Positions 13,649 through 29,384 of a stretch of 64,000 nucleotides of DNA are shown here, piece by piece. The stretch spans positions 2,914,001 to 2,978,000 of the forward strand of contig NW_026781945.1 of the NCBI RefSeq assembly GCF_031769215.1, in the 5' to 3' direction. The position numbers and the translations under genes are program-made. The notes beneath the pieces are model-generated. The model saw nothing but the letters and a program-made list of their open reading frames with translations, did not search any database and was not told where the DNA came from. The first letter of the stretch is position 1, and every line of letters starts with the position of its first letter. Origin of the DNA: Ylistrum balloti. Taxonomy: Eukaryota.

Positions 13649-16600
13649 CACAGACCACAAAACACATAAGGGAACACAATACACCACATTGTCACCACAG
13701 ACCACAAAACACATAAGGGAACACAATATACCACATTGTCACCACAGACCACAAAACACATAAGGAAACACAATATACCACAACGTCACCACAGACCACA
13801 AAACACATAAGGGAACACAATATACCACATTGTCACCACAGACCACAAAACACATAAGGGAACACAATATACCACATTGTCACCACAGACCACAAAACAC
13901 ATAAGGGAACACAATATACCACATTGTCACCACAGACCACAAAACACATAAGGGAACACAATATACCACATTGTCACCACAGACCACAAAACACATAAGG
14001 GAACACAATATACCACATTGTCACCACAGACCACAAAACACATAAGGGAACACAATATACCACATTGTCACCACAGACCACAAAACACATAAGGGAACAC
14101 AATATACCACATTGTCACCACAGACCACAAAAAAACACATAAGGGAACACAATATACCACATTGTCACCACAACGTCACCACAGACCACAAAACACATAA
14201 GGGAACACAATATACACATTGTCACCACAGACCACAACACACATAAGGGAACACAATATACCACATTGTCACCACAGACCACAAAACACATAAGGGAACA
14301 CAATATACCACATTGTACCAAAACATAAGGGAACACAATATACCACAGACCACAAGACCACAAAACACATAAGGGAACACAATATACCACATTGTCACCA
14401 CAGACCACAAAACACATAAGGGAACACAATATACCACATTGTCACCACAGACCACAAAACACATAAGGGAACACAATATACCACATTGTCACCACAGACC
14501 ACAAAACACATAAGGGAACACAATATACCACATTGTCACCACAGACCACAAAACACATAAGGGAACACAATATACCACATTGTCACCACAGACCACAAAA
14601 CACATAAGGGAACACAATATACCACATTGTCACCACAAAGTCACCACAGACCACAAAACACATAAGGGAACACAATATACCACAACGTCACCACAGACCA
14701 CAAAACACATAAGGGAACACAATATACCACATTGTCACCACAGACCACAAAACACATAAGGGAACACAATATACCACATTGTCACCACAGACCACAAAAC
14801 ACATAAGGGAACACAATATACCACATTGTCACCACAGACCACAAAACACATAAGGGAACACAATATACCACATTGTCACCACAGACCACAAAACACATAA
14901 GGGAACACAATATACCACATTGTCACCACAGACCACAAAACACATAAGGGAACACAATATACCACATTGTCACCACAGACCACAAAACACATAAGGGAAC
15001 ACAATATACCACATTGTCACCACAGACCACAAAACACATAAGGGAACACAATATACCACATTGTCACCACAGACCACAAAACACATAAGGAAACACAATA
15101 TACCACATTGTCACCACAGACCACAAAACACATAAGGGAACACAATATACCACAACGTCACCACAGACCACAAAACACATAAGGGAACACAATATACCAC
15201 ATTGTCACCACAGACCACAAAACACATAAGGGAACACAATATACCACATTGTCACCACAACGTCACCACAGACCACAAAACACATAAGGGAACACAATAT
15301 ACCACATTGTCACCACAGACCACAAAACAAATAAGAGAACACAATATACCACATTGTCACCACAGACCACAAAACACATAAAGGAACACAATATACCACA
15401 TTGTCACCACAGACCACAAAACACATAAGGGAACACAATATACCACATTGTCACCACAGACCACAAAACACATAAGGGAACACAATATACCACATTGTCA
15501 CCACAGACCACAAAACACATAAGGGAACACAATATACCACATTGTCACCACAGACCACAAAACACATAAGGGAACACAATATACCACATTGTCACCACAG
15601 ACCACAAAACACATAAGGGAACACAATATACCACATTGTCACCACAGACCACAAAACACATAAGGGAACACAATATACCACATTGTCACCACAGACCACA
15701 AAACACATAAGGGAACACAATATACCACATTGTCACCACAGACCACAAAACACATAAGGGAACACAATATACCACATTGTCACCACAGACCACAAAACAC
15801 ATAAGGGAACACAATATACCACATTGTCACCACAGACCACAAAACACATAAGGGAACACAATATACCACATTGTCACCACAGACCACAAAACACATAAGG
15901 GAACACAATATACCACATTGTCACCACAGACCACAAAACACATAAGGGAACACAATATACCACATTGTCACCACAGACCACAAAACACATAAGGGAACAC
16001 AATATACCACATTGTCACCACAGACCACAAAACACATAAGGGAACACAATATACCACATTGTCACCACAGACCACAAAACACATAAGGGAACACAATATA
16101 CCACATTGTCACCACAGACCACAAAACACATAAGGGAACACAATATACCACATTGTCACCACAGACCACAAAACACATAAGGGAACACAATATACCACAT
16201 TGTCACCACAGACCACAAAACACATAAGGGAACACAATATACCACATTGTCACCACAGACCACAAAACACATAAGGGAACACAATATACCACATTGTCAC
16301 CACAACGTCACCACAGACCACAAAACACATAAGGGAACACAATATACCACATTGTCACCACAGACCACAAAACACATAAGGGAACACAATATACCACATT
16401 GTCACCACAGACCACAAAACACATAAGGGAACACAATATACCACATTGTCACCACAGACCACAAAACACATAAGGGAACACAATATACCACATTGTCACC
16501 ACAGACCACAAAACACATAAGGGAACACAATATACCACATTGTCACCACAGACCACAAAACACATAAGGGAACACAATATACCACATTGTCACCACAGAC

Positions 16601-17103
16601 CACAAAACACATAAGGGAACACAATATACCACATTGTCACCACAGACCACAAAACACATAAGGGAACACAATATACCACATTGTCACCACAGACCACAAA
16701 ACACATAAGGGAACACAATATACCACATTGTCACCACAGACCACAAAACACATAAGGGAACACAATATACCACATTGTCACCACAGACCACAAAACACAT
16801 AAGGGAACACAATATACCACATTGTCACCACAGACCACAAAACACATAAGGTCACCACAGACCACAAAACACATAAGGGAACACAATATACCACATTGTC
16901 ACCACAGACCACAAAACACATAAGGGAACACAATATACCACATTGTCACCACAGACCACAAAACACATAAGGAAACACAATATACCACATTGTCACCACA
17001 ACGTCACCACAGACCACAAAACACATAAGGGAACACAATATACCACATTGTCACCACAGACCACAAAACACATAAGGGAACACAATATACCACATTGTCA
17101 CCA
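13649..17103. repeat. 47-bp tandem satellite, ~73 copies, very homogeneous, strongly A/C-skewed
   Basis: Unit GTCACCACAGACCACAAAACACATAAGGGAACACAATATACCACATT; period measured from 13691 to 13738. A short internal duplication (GTCACCACAACGTCACCACAG) recurs. Confidence 0.99.
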
Positions 17104-17109
17104 TATGGA

Positions 17110-17282
17110 CAAACAATACCACAACAATTCAACACAAAGGTAAAATACTACATTGTTACCACTAGGACATACGATACCACAACACTTCAACACAAAGGTA
17201 AATTACTACATTGTTACCACTAGGACATACGATACCACAACACTTCAACACAAAGGTAAATTACTACATTGTTAACACAAAG
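17110..17282. repeat. 58-bp tandem repeat, ~3 copies, related to the adjacent 47-mer
   Basis: AACACAAAGG at 17131 and 17189. It shares ACATTGT(T/C)ACCAC and ATACCACAAC with the 47-mer. Confidence 0.9.
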
Positions 17283-20200
17283 ACGAAACATATCACAAAA
17301 CCTACAATGTAGGTAGTTTGTATTGTTGTTGTAAGAATGAAAGGTCTGATTTTAATTAGACTGTAAATTATTCGTGTTTATTTTGTTTTTTACGCCATCA
17401 ACAGCTAAGGCATTTTAAACCTGGTGTCTATGGCAGAGGGGTTCACTCGATTACTTTATTATAGTGTTCTCACACTGAAATGTCATAACCTGGATATGGT
17501 AGCATGACACTAGCAGTACCTACCGATATCATTGAGGAAAAACAACACACTTTTAGTCACCTTTTACAATAATGAATTAGATGCAGCTTGAATGTGACGT
17601 CCTACCTGCCGGGTTTACGTATAGTAGAATTGTATTAGATCATGTTTTCTACAAAGCTATTCAATATTAGCATCTAAAGATGTTAAAATATCATTAAGTA
17701 AGAATCACACACTAAACACAAGTCACGTGCAGTTACCGAATGTCGAAATCTATGTTTTAGTGATCTGTATCGGAGGTTAACATATTAACATATCCTGTTG
17801 GAGCTGTCCCGAGGCTACGTCAGTCACCACCAGGTAGTTGTACGTCTTACGCTATTTCCTAGTGGTTATTAATTATAGGAATCACGTCTCAAAGGTCAAG
17901 CTTTGAACGGCCTGGCCTACGTTATTGACGGAGTAACGCTGTCTAGGCTTCCCCTACCTCTCAACAAGGGAAATATACATTTTATTAATCTCTAGATAAT
18001 AACAATATAAGACAATTCATTACCTTAAACTTCTGTAGGAATATTGATGAAAGTCTGGTGTTACCACTAACATGGTCATATTAAATACGATCAGTACAGA
18101 AGAGAAAGACATGAAGCATTTATAGTCCTATAACAATATCGGCTATCATTAACTCAGCGTTCTCTTCCTATTGATAGCGTTATGTGTTTCCAGTATTAAA
18201 TGACAGGATATTGATGTAGATCGGTTGTCGATTTAACATATTATTTGTAAAATAATATCGTATTATCTTGTAAACATAAATATAAAGTTTATTTCATACT
18301 GTTCGCCTGAAATCAATAATGAAAAATAGACACACTTTTCGCAGTTTTATTTGGACTCTCATTAACCCTTATCGATGCATGCTCACGTGGATACGTTAGA
18401 AGCTTGCAACCCTATTACCAATGTAACTGAATACATGGCCAAAATAGTTGATATAAGTCATTCGATACCAATACTATTATCACATAATAAATTTTCACGA
18501 ATGTCATATACCGTCAAACCGATTCCTATTTGTAGCAACATGGAAATGAAACTCCACCAGGGGCCCCAACAATGTCAACCAACAGGAGCATATACACGTG
18601 ACTTTCTTTTTCAATTTCTATTTCTAGGTACTTTGTGGTGACGGAATCTTCACATTACTGCTATTTCATTATGACATATTTTGATATGGTTGCCATGTTG
18701 TCTTTCTATTCTAGTCAATTCAAGTCTTGAAACTGACGATATCATGATTTATGTCATTTTTTACCATTTTATTAAATCGTTTTTTTCTGTTTTATTCAGG
18801 CCGGTCGTCTAGTTATCATACTCATGTGATATAAGTAAACTCTAGGAACATCAGTTAATTGATAAAGGGAAAGACCAATTTATACACTTTGGTTACACAT
18901 TATCAGAAATGTTTGTGTTGCTAAGTCATATACATTCTGTTTATCTAGCGATATTGGAAGCCAGTATATTCCTTCATAAACATAATTAGGTATGTATATT
19001 AACGACGTAGATAGATAAATCACTTCTCTGCCGAGGACAAAGTATCATTTTTGAAAATGATCTTTAAGTCATCATGACCGAAACAGATGGTAATTAGTGA
19101 GTTTATTTCAGTAATGACTTGGGTGTTATTGAATATCTGGTTAATAGGCTGTGACATATATAGACATACGGTAAGCTGTAATTGTGACGTCAGCAATTCA
19201 CACGCTTCATTAATTTAATTAGTGTGAATTGAAGCTGTGTTTGAAATTTAATATTGAAACTTGTCAAAATTTAAAAAAATTAAAATGTTTAAATATGTAT
19301 AACAGAATTAATTTTCATATTTTTAAATAACTGTTATTATTTCTATCCTATATATTTAGAAAAAATATTATATAAGTTTGACTTGTGGTTTATATCTATA
19401 GAAGTAGGTGTGGTGACAATCTCATGGTTATCTGCCATCTGTCATATCCTTGTTCCTGAATGTTGACAGCTTCTTACAGACATACACTCTAAGCCACAAA
19501 GGTCGCTCGGTAAACCAGCAGGTGAAATTCACATAAACAATTTAATGTGCGGTAGATATTGTCATCATTTAACACTGAAAACACATTAACACGGCAAACT
19601 TTTAATATACATACAAGAAAAAAAAATATAACGTTCAAGCTGTACTCCCTCCCAGACCTTTACACTGTACATTATAAGTTAAAGCACATCAGCCAACTAC
19701 AGGATCGATTTTACATAGAGCCACGGGTTTGGATATGTATTGAAGACGAAACTGAAAAAAAAAAAACAAAAACAAAACAAAAAAAAAAACAAGAAATTTA
19801 CTTGAAACAAGTTACAGTCAGGATTTATCTATGATCAATCGAGATGTGTTTTGGGTACATAAAAAAATAAAGTATGTCATTTGAGAATAAAAAAGGAAAT
19901 TATTAGAGTTCGTACGAGACAGAAGCTTTAGGCGAAATAGAACGCTAATATATTCTCTAAAGAAATGTCTATATTTCAGTAATAGCTGTTGATTTGACCT
20001 GTTTTATGTGGGAAATGGCTGTAATAGCAATCAGATTTTTTTCAATTGTAAATGTATCTGTTTTTTTTTCTTTTAAAAATTATATCTCTTTGTATATATT
20101 CAATGTTTCTACGACAAGTGTCGGCATTAACCTTGCAGTACTTCAAGGAAAAATCAAACTATACGCACAAGTAAATAACGAAAGGTTCAAATAGGAAAAT

Positions 20201-20989
20201 ATGTGAAAAGGAATACGGGGAGAATACGACCAGGTGTTCCGGAAGGGTATTTGTATTTTAATACATCAACAACACTCTTTATTATTAATATATGTCCAAG
20301 TTATGTCACATCCAAAATTCTAAAATAGTAAATATGTCTGTGAGAATGTAGCCTCCAGGTATACTAACGTGTATCCAACACATCTGACATCATATCGCAT
20401 AGTATTCCCTAACGGTTTAGTAGTCCACCAGCAGTGTCTTCCGCCGACGATCCAGAATATTGTACAAAAAGTACACGAGTCAAATCAGGCATGTTGAGTC
20501 CAGTAACATATAATCAGGATAGTGTAATTTTACTAATTACCGATTACAATTATAGTGCACCGAAAAAGAAGATCAATAGATTAAATTATTACAATTATGT
20601 TTCCAAGAGGCATTATCAAACACTGTACTATATTTTTTTCAAAAGTCTCTCTCTTTTAAAAATAAAACTGTATGTGATCTGACGGGTAAATCAGTTTAAC
20701 TAATAATCTCTCATCATATCTTATTTTTCTCTAATTTATCCACACCTTTTAAACTATCCTATCTTTTTATACCTTAGATTCAAGCTTAGGAATTATATCA
20801 TAATATCATTACGTTAGATCAAGTCAGATCATGGTCAGCTTACGTTTACTTATTTCTTTGTGTGAACAATTTCTATTGCAATCTGGTATTTAAGCACCAC
20901 GTTAGAATGTAACGCCATATGGGACCATCGATACATTTTTTGATTTGTTAGTAAGAACCAAGTCGTGCAAATTAGGCTTGTCGTTAATG

Positions 20990-21230
20990 ATTTCCCGTTA
21001 GAGATTGACCGTTAATAACTGGCCGTTAGAGATTGACCGTAAATGATAACTGATCGTTAATGTTTGACCGTAAACAAGTGACCTTGAATGATTGGCTGTT
21101 AAAGACTGATGGTTAAAAATTGACCGATAATAAGTAATTGGTCGTTCATGATTGACCATTAATAATTGGCTGTTAAAAATTGATTGTTAAAAATTAACCG
21201 TTAATAATTAATTGACAATTAAAGCTTCAA
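20990..21230. repeat. Degenerate short-period repeat built on TTGACCGTTAA
   Basis: More than 12 variants of (A)TTGACCGTTAA at roughly 13-17 bp spacing. Confidence 0.75.
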
Positions 21231-22059
21231 CGTTAAAGATATGTACATAAACTGTTATACATTTATAGAAATATATTTCTGTACTGCACAAACTCATTAT
21301 GTATAACATGAAGTATTGCTTAAACAAATGAAGAGTTGCCTCCCTTCTATTGTCATTAGCATTCAGGGAAAGACCATGGCATAATAATTGTATAATTTTA
21401 TCGTATAATTACAGGAAATTGATCCATATTTAAAGAAACATCGCAAACGTGTTTCATTTTATTTTAAGTATTGACTGTAGTGGTTTTATTGCTATAAAGG
21501 TAGAACGTCCCACGATGTTATCATTTGTTGCAAATGGATGTTGTTGCTAGAGAATGAGAATAGACAATGAGTATTTTTCCTGAGTAATAACTATTTACAT
21601 ATATTCCAATTAATGTCACTGATTTTTTTTAAAAATTCTAATTCCTTAAAAATGAAACAATATAGAATATGGCTGTTAAACATTATGATAACTACTTTTT
21701 ATAAAAAAAATAATAGAAAACAGCTTTCAGTTCTTGGTTTTGAAAGTATAGCAAGAAATACTGATCATCTTCATAAAAAGTCTTCACCTACGCTATTATC
21801 CTCAGATATCAAACAACTCAAGCGCAATATGGAACACGTGTACATCCATTCAAGTCAAAAATTGGAAACTGAGATTCTATATACAGAGTCGGTTAACAAA
21901 CAAAAACGTAAAGGAGAAAATGATAAAGGGTAAATATTCTTACTTATATTTCAAACGAGTCTTTGTTACAGAACCAGACAAGAAATTCCTGTCATTTTTA
22001 ATAAAGCCATTATCTCGCCGATATCGGTAATAGAATAAACCACGAATTTCTTTATTTAG

Positions 22060-22990
22060 ACACATCTTTAAGGCATGTACATATTAAGAAAACCGCGGAA
22101 TCGATCGGAACACTTAATATCTCCTTATACATGCTGCACAAAGGAATTAGAAAAAAGGGCTCATATTACCGTAGGTTATAAAAAGGAGAGCGGAGTGAAC
22201 CAAGAAGCTACAGATAGATAGCCTGAAATCAAATGTTCCAAAAAAAAAAAAAAAAAAAAAAAAAACTTAAAAGCTATATTTTAAAAAGTCAGATCACTCA
22301 TCACATTAAGCGAAATGAAAACCGCTTCTCAATTAAGGTGATTTAGTTTAAAATCATTATACAGAATCATCGGAAAATTAAATGAACTTACTGTTAACAG
22401 GGAACAAAGAGTAGCGTTAAATGGTGAAGAGTTCCACCGGAAGTGTTGGGCCAGTATTGTTCTTCCTGTATCAATGGTCACATGGTTACAATACAACCGA
22501 TGGCTTATTGTTTGCAGACAATACGAAACAATTCAGGTGCTTACGTAATAGGGTATTCTGATGTTTGTATTTTTAAAAAGGATCTAGACTAACTGTCAGC
22601 ATGGAGTAATCAATGGTTACTTAAATTTTATCTCACAAAATATAAATCTATGCATATTGTTTCGCCAACTAAAGAAACACATTTAAAGACGGGCGGCTAC
22701 AGGAAGTGGATTTGAAAAAGATATTGGAATAACTTTTAAACAATCTCTCTCTTTTGCAGAACTCGGGTGAAAACGGCCGCTTTAGGGATTGATGATCTAA
22801 CTGGTGCCTGGATGTACCTATGCAGATTAACGTAAAAGGTTTAAGATTGAGATTCAGGGGAATAAAATGGGGTATGAGATCTTCAATATAACAAGTGACA
22901 TTTGCCACACTAAGGTATTGCGTTTTATCAAATTGTGGAAAGACGATCCAGGGGCAATTGGAGGACACTCAAAAATGCTGCTTTCACCAA
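22060..22990 (+). mobile_element. CR1/L2-type LINE RT remnant, interrupted by a poly(A) tract at ~22239-22265
   Basis: IKKTAESIGTLNISL, AHITVGYKK, EQRVALNG, SVGPVLFFLY, LLFADNTK, DLD*LSAWSNQWLLKFYLTKYKSMHI, EKDIGITF, GGHSK. This is the canonical CR1/L2 RT motif order. Confidence 0.8.
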
Positions 22991-23119
22991 CAACAGTGTA
23001 AACTAAAACAAAAGGTGAAAAAGTTTAATAATTGAACAATCTACCACAAATTATCATTACAGCAACAGCAATTAATTCCTTTAGAAACAGATTAGATGAC
23101 AACTGAGTAAACAATCCAT

Positions 23120-23295
23120 ATTGTTTACCACATGGTATTCTAGATGCTGGTCACTGATGGATTAACGAGCTAATCCTCCTTGTACTTTTTCAGGAGTCTG
23201 TGAGTAAATCCTGCTCTTGTCCAAAAGTTGCCCTAGTTTTATAAAATTTGGATTTGGATTATGATTTTGTTGACATGTTGATATTTTCTTGTTTT
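23120..23295 (+). mobile_element. Solo copy of the Naiad-type PLE 3' tail
   Basis: CTTTTTCAGGAGTC...TTGCCCTAGTTTTATAAAATTTGGATTTGGATTATGATTTTGTTGACATGTTGATATTTTCT matches the tails at 43040-43205, 51530-51710 and 53530-53710. Confidence 0.7.
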
Positions 23296-24209
23296 TTTTT
23301 TCATGTATTATTCCGGGAGATACAGGTTCATGTAAACTATCGGAATGTTTTATGATCGGCCCGATTTGTGGATATCATATTTCTTCGTGGGATCAGACGT
23401 TATATGAACAAGATACACATAAGTGTGCCTGTCACTTTTTATATCAGGTTCTAAATATAACGCTAATTCAATTGTCCTAAATGAAAATGACAAATTTGAT
23501 CGATGGATTAGAAGACGGTTTCCGATGAACCCATGTGTACTTACTGTTACATGCATGTATGTGTTTGACCATTGTGGAAAAGTGTTTACTTGGATTTGCA
23601 TACACATGTTGATACACCAGGAATTTTATCAACTGTTTTATGAATGGGGCCTTACACTAGAATTTGGGATTTTTTTTTTTTTTTTTTTTTTTTTGTAATT
23701 ATTTTACTATAAATTGGTAATATAGCACCATAGTTCATTTAATTGATTGGCAAAACATCAAAACCCTATAAAATCAAACAGGATGTTTAGTTCTAGTAAC
23801 TTTAACTTTCATCGCAGATGTGTAATATTTTTTTAATTAAACCAGCACAACAAGAACACCAGTTGTCAGTTGAACTTGGGTTGTTTTTTGTACAAAAAGA
23901 ACTTCTGACAAAAGGAATCATATCGTTTTACGTTTTTCTTTTGATACAAACTGTTTGTTTCGAAAATTAAGGTCGAATAAAGGGAAATACAGGACATTTT
24001 ACACTATCAATGGAACCGAATATGAGACCCTTAACACGACTGACGAAATCTCTGAATGCCACATTGTACAGGTATCTGATACCTTATATTACATCTGTGT
24101 AATGGCTTATATAGAGGCCATGAGTTCTTTCGTGGACATAGTCTTCATACGACTGTAGCAGATGCTATAATGTAATGCTTCAAACATATAAATATTAAAA
24201 CAATGGTAG

Positions 24210-24350
24210 GTAGAAGACGCTAAAACTTCCGGAACACCTGGCCTTATTCTCCATATATTTTTCAAGAGTCTCCATGTAAAACTATTTTTTATTTGTAATT
24301 TGTCCTAGTTTCAGTGAATTGAATTAAGATTTTGTCTACATGTTGTTTTT
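24210..24350 (+). mobile_element. Solo copy of the PLE 3' tail including the TTCCGGAACACCTGG motif
   Basis: GTAGAAGACGCTAAAACTTCCGGAACACCTGGCCTTATTCTCC...TTCAAGAGTCTCCATGTA matches 53555-53620. A shorter minus-strand copy lies at 20225-20250. Confidence 0.7.
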
Positions 24351-26995
24351 TTCGTCGTTTATCAGATGTGGTATTAAAACAATAAACCTATTTTTGATTA
24401 TGTTTGTAGTTGAAGAAAATGATGTCTTAAATAGACTAAAATTATGTAAGTATTTGAACGGTCAGTTCAAAAAAAGCATGTACTGGTTTGTAAGGCCTCT
24501 CTTTGCATATCGAGTATATCAGTAAACTATGAGAGGAACGACAGTAAACCACTGTCGCTGTGATAACCTGGCAGTCGTTCATGTTTGAGATATGACACAC
24601 GCCAGACTAGCAGTCTTACGTCCCTTTCCAAATCCCCTTTCGTTTTAAATGTTAACGAAGGAAGGTATTATCACACAGTTCTGTATGAGGTAAAATGCCA
24701 TTAGCGGCGTTTCGTCTTTATGAATCTTTTATAAGTCAATGGCAGAACACAAGATGAAGACAGCTAAATGCACAAGGGTTAAGTACATCAGGGTTATTAA
24801 TGCGCTTAAAAGCTAAGTGTCACTTAATACGAGTATTTACAAGACTTAATAGTGTAAACTAGGAAACACAGAGACAGACAGAACTTCTGGATTTTCAGTT
24901 TTAAAAAAACCACAGAGAAATAGGTTTTATGGTTTCAAGATGGCGTTCGTCGAAAGTGGAAGAAGAAGAAAAGGAAGAAGACGATGATGATGATTTTGTC
25001 GTCTCTTGAAATACCCCCATCTATTTAGAAATTTGCACTGGGGCCAATTCGTATGTGTTTATACCCTCCTTCAGAAATAATGCGCAAATCACCGCTATGT
25101 ATTTTGCCTCACACCCGTGAATTTAAAAGAATTAGAATATACTTTCTTATTCTATTCGTTCTTTGCACAACCATCTGCATTTCTACGAACGGTGTTGCAA
25201 GTGTATCATTATGTAGTACGCTAGAAGCTACTTCCTGAAAATAACGCAAAGGTAACACTATCAACTATTACTCTGATTAAACGTGATATAATCATCCGGA
25301 ATTCGTGTTCCTTATTAATGTTCCTTCATTAAAAAGCAAAACGTTTTGACACATGAGTAATGAACATTGCCGCTTTCTAAGCCATCGACGCCTAATGCTG
25401 CAGTTTATTTTGCTCAATAGCTTGTTCTGAAAAAACAATGATATTGATAAAAGATGTCAGCAGCTGACAAAAAGACAAATATTGAGTCCAGGGATCGAGG
25501 TTTATGATTATAAGGGAGGTGGAATGGTCGTCATCACGAAATAATTGGGAAGTATTGTATTTCCTCGCTCAATGAGACGTTCAATGCTCTTATACATCAC
25601 TGTGGTTTCATTTTTGATCCAATTTCCTATTTGAGAATGTGACATCACAATAAGAGACCACGATCTCTGTGTGAATGCTTATTTTGTATACTTTGTTCGT
25701 GTTTTAACTATTTTGAGTTAGTTTCGTTTACTGATCGGTATTTCGAAATTGTTAATACGCGTAACGGGTGCACCATCAATGACGCAGTACACGAATGCGT
25801 TTTGACGGAGAGGAAGGACATGTGTGTTGTTCATTTTTTATATCTTCTACGTCTACTGTCCGTGTTTATCGGCATATGGTTTTCTATATTGACGATTTGA
25901 TACTTTTCCATTCAACTTAATGGCTAAGGTGACATAATTATTTTGAAATGGATGTTTTTGGTCCATCGAGACGCAGTCATTAGCCTTCCTAAGTTGGATA
26001 AGCCGAAACATTAAGGGTTACTTTAATCAGCCTTGAGCTATAAATGGTGTACAAGAGACATAAAATATTTGATATAAGGCTATCACCTTTAGCTGAAAGT
26101 AGTGCCAATGTTGATAACGACGTTTGATGTGATGAACTATATTGCCGTCCCTTTGATCAATGACTAGACATTCTCCTCATATGAAAGCCAATCCATAACG
26201 TGACATCTAGCTTCTGTTATCAGATGAACGCTCACGGGTAAACCCAACCTTAATTTTCAGCTGAGCTTCTACCCACCTGTTTTTACTAATACGAAAGCTA
26301 GCTACATTAATATTACATGTTCTGAAGAAATCATTCATACACTTTGTTTAAAAGCGATATATACAGAAACGGAATTAACTTGTTCACAAACCAACCATTT
26401 CAATAAATATAGACACAGATTTGATAACTATATCGCAAATGAAGGGAAAAGATAACATGGACGAAGGTAACCCAGAATGCAATACTATAAGGCATTCAAT
26501 GATACAGTAGCGTGCTACCTATCATGACACCTAGACTCGCTATTGATTCGTAAGAATGCTTACCATTTAATATAGAAGGTACATGTAAACTTTAGATATA
26601 TTTAATTATTTGTCACTAGTCAGAAAGTGTAAAGATTTAATGCAGATTGTGAGGCGACCGTTAAAAGACTGCCTGTTTACCACATAAATCTAGCCACATT
26701 TAAGTGAAGTTTAAATTAGGAATCCGTTGTTTGTTTAATGAATTAGAAGTTTTAAAACTGTATGATGTCCTTGATAGACAAGACAATGACGGTTAAAGTA
26801 ATGGTACGTGAGTTCGTACACTTTTGGTACGTAATTATATGCGTTTCTATCATATTTATTTCGAAATGAAAAAGACAAAGTTAGATGTACAAACATTCCG
26901 TAACATGCAATTACGTTACCTGGTATGCTCACGCATATTACTGCGTATCGGTGTTGTTATCAACCGGTGTTTACTTCTTGGTTTGAAGACCAGAT

Positions 26996-27701
26996 GGAAC
27001 CGTAATTTCGCACACCCACCTAGTCTCCTTATTTTTGTTGCTAAGCACGGTTTTAAAACGTCTTGTATACAAAAAATCCTAAACGTAGATTGAGCCAAAA
27101 AAATGACTTTACAAATGTTTAAAAAACAATTTATTCCACCGAATAGACAAAGTCATTTTACCGCCATTGTACGTTCATTTATAAATTGAACAATAAAATT
27201 CATTAAAAAATTATTTCAATCTTATTTTAGGTGATTACATTGTATCTAATCTGTTAAAAACATAAGGGTAAAAAGGCTTATTGACCCGTATTCTTTAATA
27301 ATGACTGCTACCTAAAAAGTGAATGTAAACGAGCAGGCGGCAGGTCATTGGTGGCCTCACTGTTATGAGTTGTATTAAACGATATTAAAACAAACTTAAT
27401 TATACTCAGAGTGAACGATATATTATCTTAATATAAAGAGTTGTGTAATCTAATTGGTATCTGGGATTATTGTTGAATAAATATTTAATTACCTGATGTC
27501 CATTCTCATTGACGAGAACCGTATAAGTAATGTTTCGTTTTCAAAACGAGGTGAATCGGAAGTGCCATGTTTAAAACAGAAAAGCACGACTGAAATCTAG
27601 CCTCACTCGGCAAATAAACGAAAAAACACAATCCACTGCAATTTGAAGGACAAAAAATCACCGTGTGTGCGAATTTACGAACTGTGCGAAATTACGTACC
27701 C
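26996..27701. mobile_element. Putative non-autonomous DNA transposon (MITE-like) bounded by inverted repeats
   Basis: CGTAATTTCGCACA at 27001-27014 is a perfect 14-bp inverted repeat of TGTGCGAAATTACG at 27683-27696. A second partial copy lies at 27665-27679. No TSD is evident. Confidence 0.45.
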
Positions 27702-29384
27702 CTCCTCTAACCTTTTCTTTTTGACCATTTTAAAAATCTAATTAACATCCGGTATATTTGCAACGGAATTCTACACTTTAAAACATGTTAGAATTATTAC
27801 AAAAGTTATATATGTAATACATGTTTTTTTGTTTGTATCTTATGAGGTTCTGTAAAATCTGAAGTCAGTGTATTGACCTTTTCAGATGAAGGTTTTGTTT
27901 TGAGCAATAACGCTTTCCTTTAGACTGTTAACATATACCTGTATTGCTTCTTTTCTGCTGATGCTAGCATTATCATTAACCTCAATGGTGTTTAACCCCA
28001 ATCAGGTATATCGCCTGTTGTTGTAATTACCTAGAGAAACTCAAGGACGTGGATGCTAAGTGAGGTCTTCACGTTGTGAGTTCCTTCTGGTCCTGAGATA
28101 ATCCCCGACTCGTTTAAGAGAGACCGTTGCAGCCCAAGATGATGTACGTGATGTTGATTTGATTTATAGACCTAAAGCTAGCATTAACGGACCGATTTAA
28201 TAACACCTTTCTGTCCTCAACGTGATAATTACAACCAATAAATCATCACTGTCACATTTATCAGACCAAAATGAAGTTCAAGACAACAGCTCATATTTCT
28301 AATGGTCGTAGTAAAACAACGAATTCCAAATAATTCATCGGATATTCATTTCGTTATGTTTTTTGGTTGGACTATTAGATGGTATGCATTGATGCTGGTA
28401 TTTTCCATTTTAGTACCAAACTTTCTCTTCAATCTTGCTTCAAATTAGGCACTATTAGTATTTTGTCACATCACCATGACAGTTACGGGAATTCTAACCT
28501 TGCACCTCTTTCGTGAATGCCAACGTGAAAGTCAAAGACAATTAAAATTGATGATAATACAGAGCAATTAACTCTGAAAATTCACGTTACAAATTGACAT
28601 AAGGAAGGTCGTGTTAACAAATTTTGTTACTAAAAAGTAAAAAGGCTTTTTGAGATAAGATGCAGATCATATAGTATGGTTAACTCTGAAATCACACAGG
28701 TTAAAAGCTAGGTTACAGTGACAATGTACCAGATCTTACACGAAGACTGGTATATCTCAGGCTGAACATAATGAGAAAGCATATTACTGGTAGACATCTA
28801 TCAGAAAATATCTGATATAATCAGAGCTAGAAATAACATTTGACGTGTTAACGGTATAATAAGGGAGATCATTAGGTAATATAATACGTGATTAGTAGAC
28901 CTTTACTGTCACACATGTCATGTAGGAATGAAGCTTAATAAACACAGTCTGTGTTCATCTTGTATCAAGAACAAAACACAAGACGTTGCTGTTCGAAAAA
29001 AAAATAATGAAATGAAAAAAAAAAAACCCAGGTTATACCATCATGTGAACGAAACAGAGAAAAATCTGACCCAATCGATAGGATCACCAAGGACAAACAA
29101 ATACAGATTGAGGCTTTCACAAATAAGAAGACAGGTTTTTAGGAGGGGTAAGCACGAGCTTCTTTGGTTAATAGCACCAGAGATGGATCAGAATATATCC
29201 TTGTTTCAAGCTTTCAAATACATGTCATGTTCATTTCACTCTTGAGTATAAATTGATGTTTTGCCTTTTCGTACGAAGAACGTATAGATCTTGTCAATTT
29301 GAAGTTAACAGACATACTGCTTTCTGTGGTCTTTTTGTTAATATTCTGTATCAGAGATCAAATAAAGAAGAAGAAATCATCACG

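Noticed and set aside
23990-24070. Exon-like segment (TFYTINGTEYETLNTTDEISECHIVQ)
   Set aside because: Weak donor (GTATCT), two equally open frames and no partner exons identified.
26916-27098. Minus-strand exon-like ORF with a good donor
   Set aside because: It straddles the left inverted repeat of the putative MITE, and the peptide is unrecognisable.
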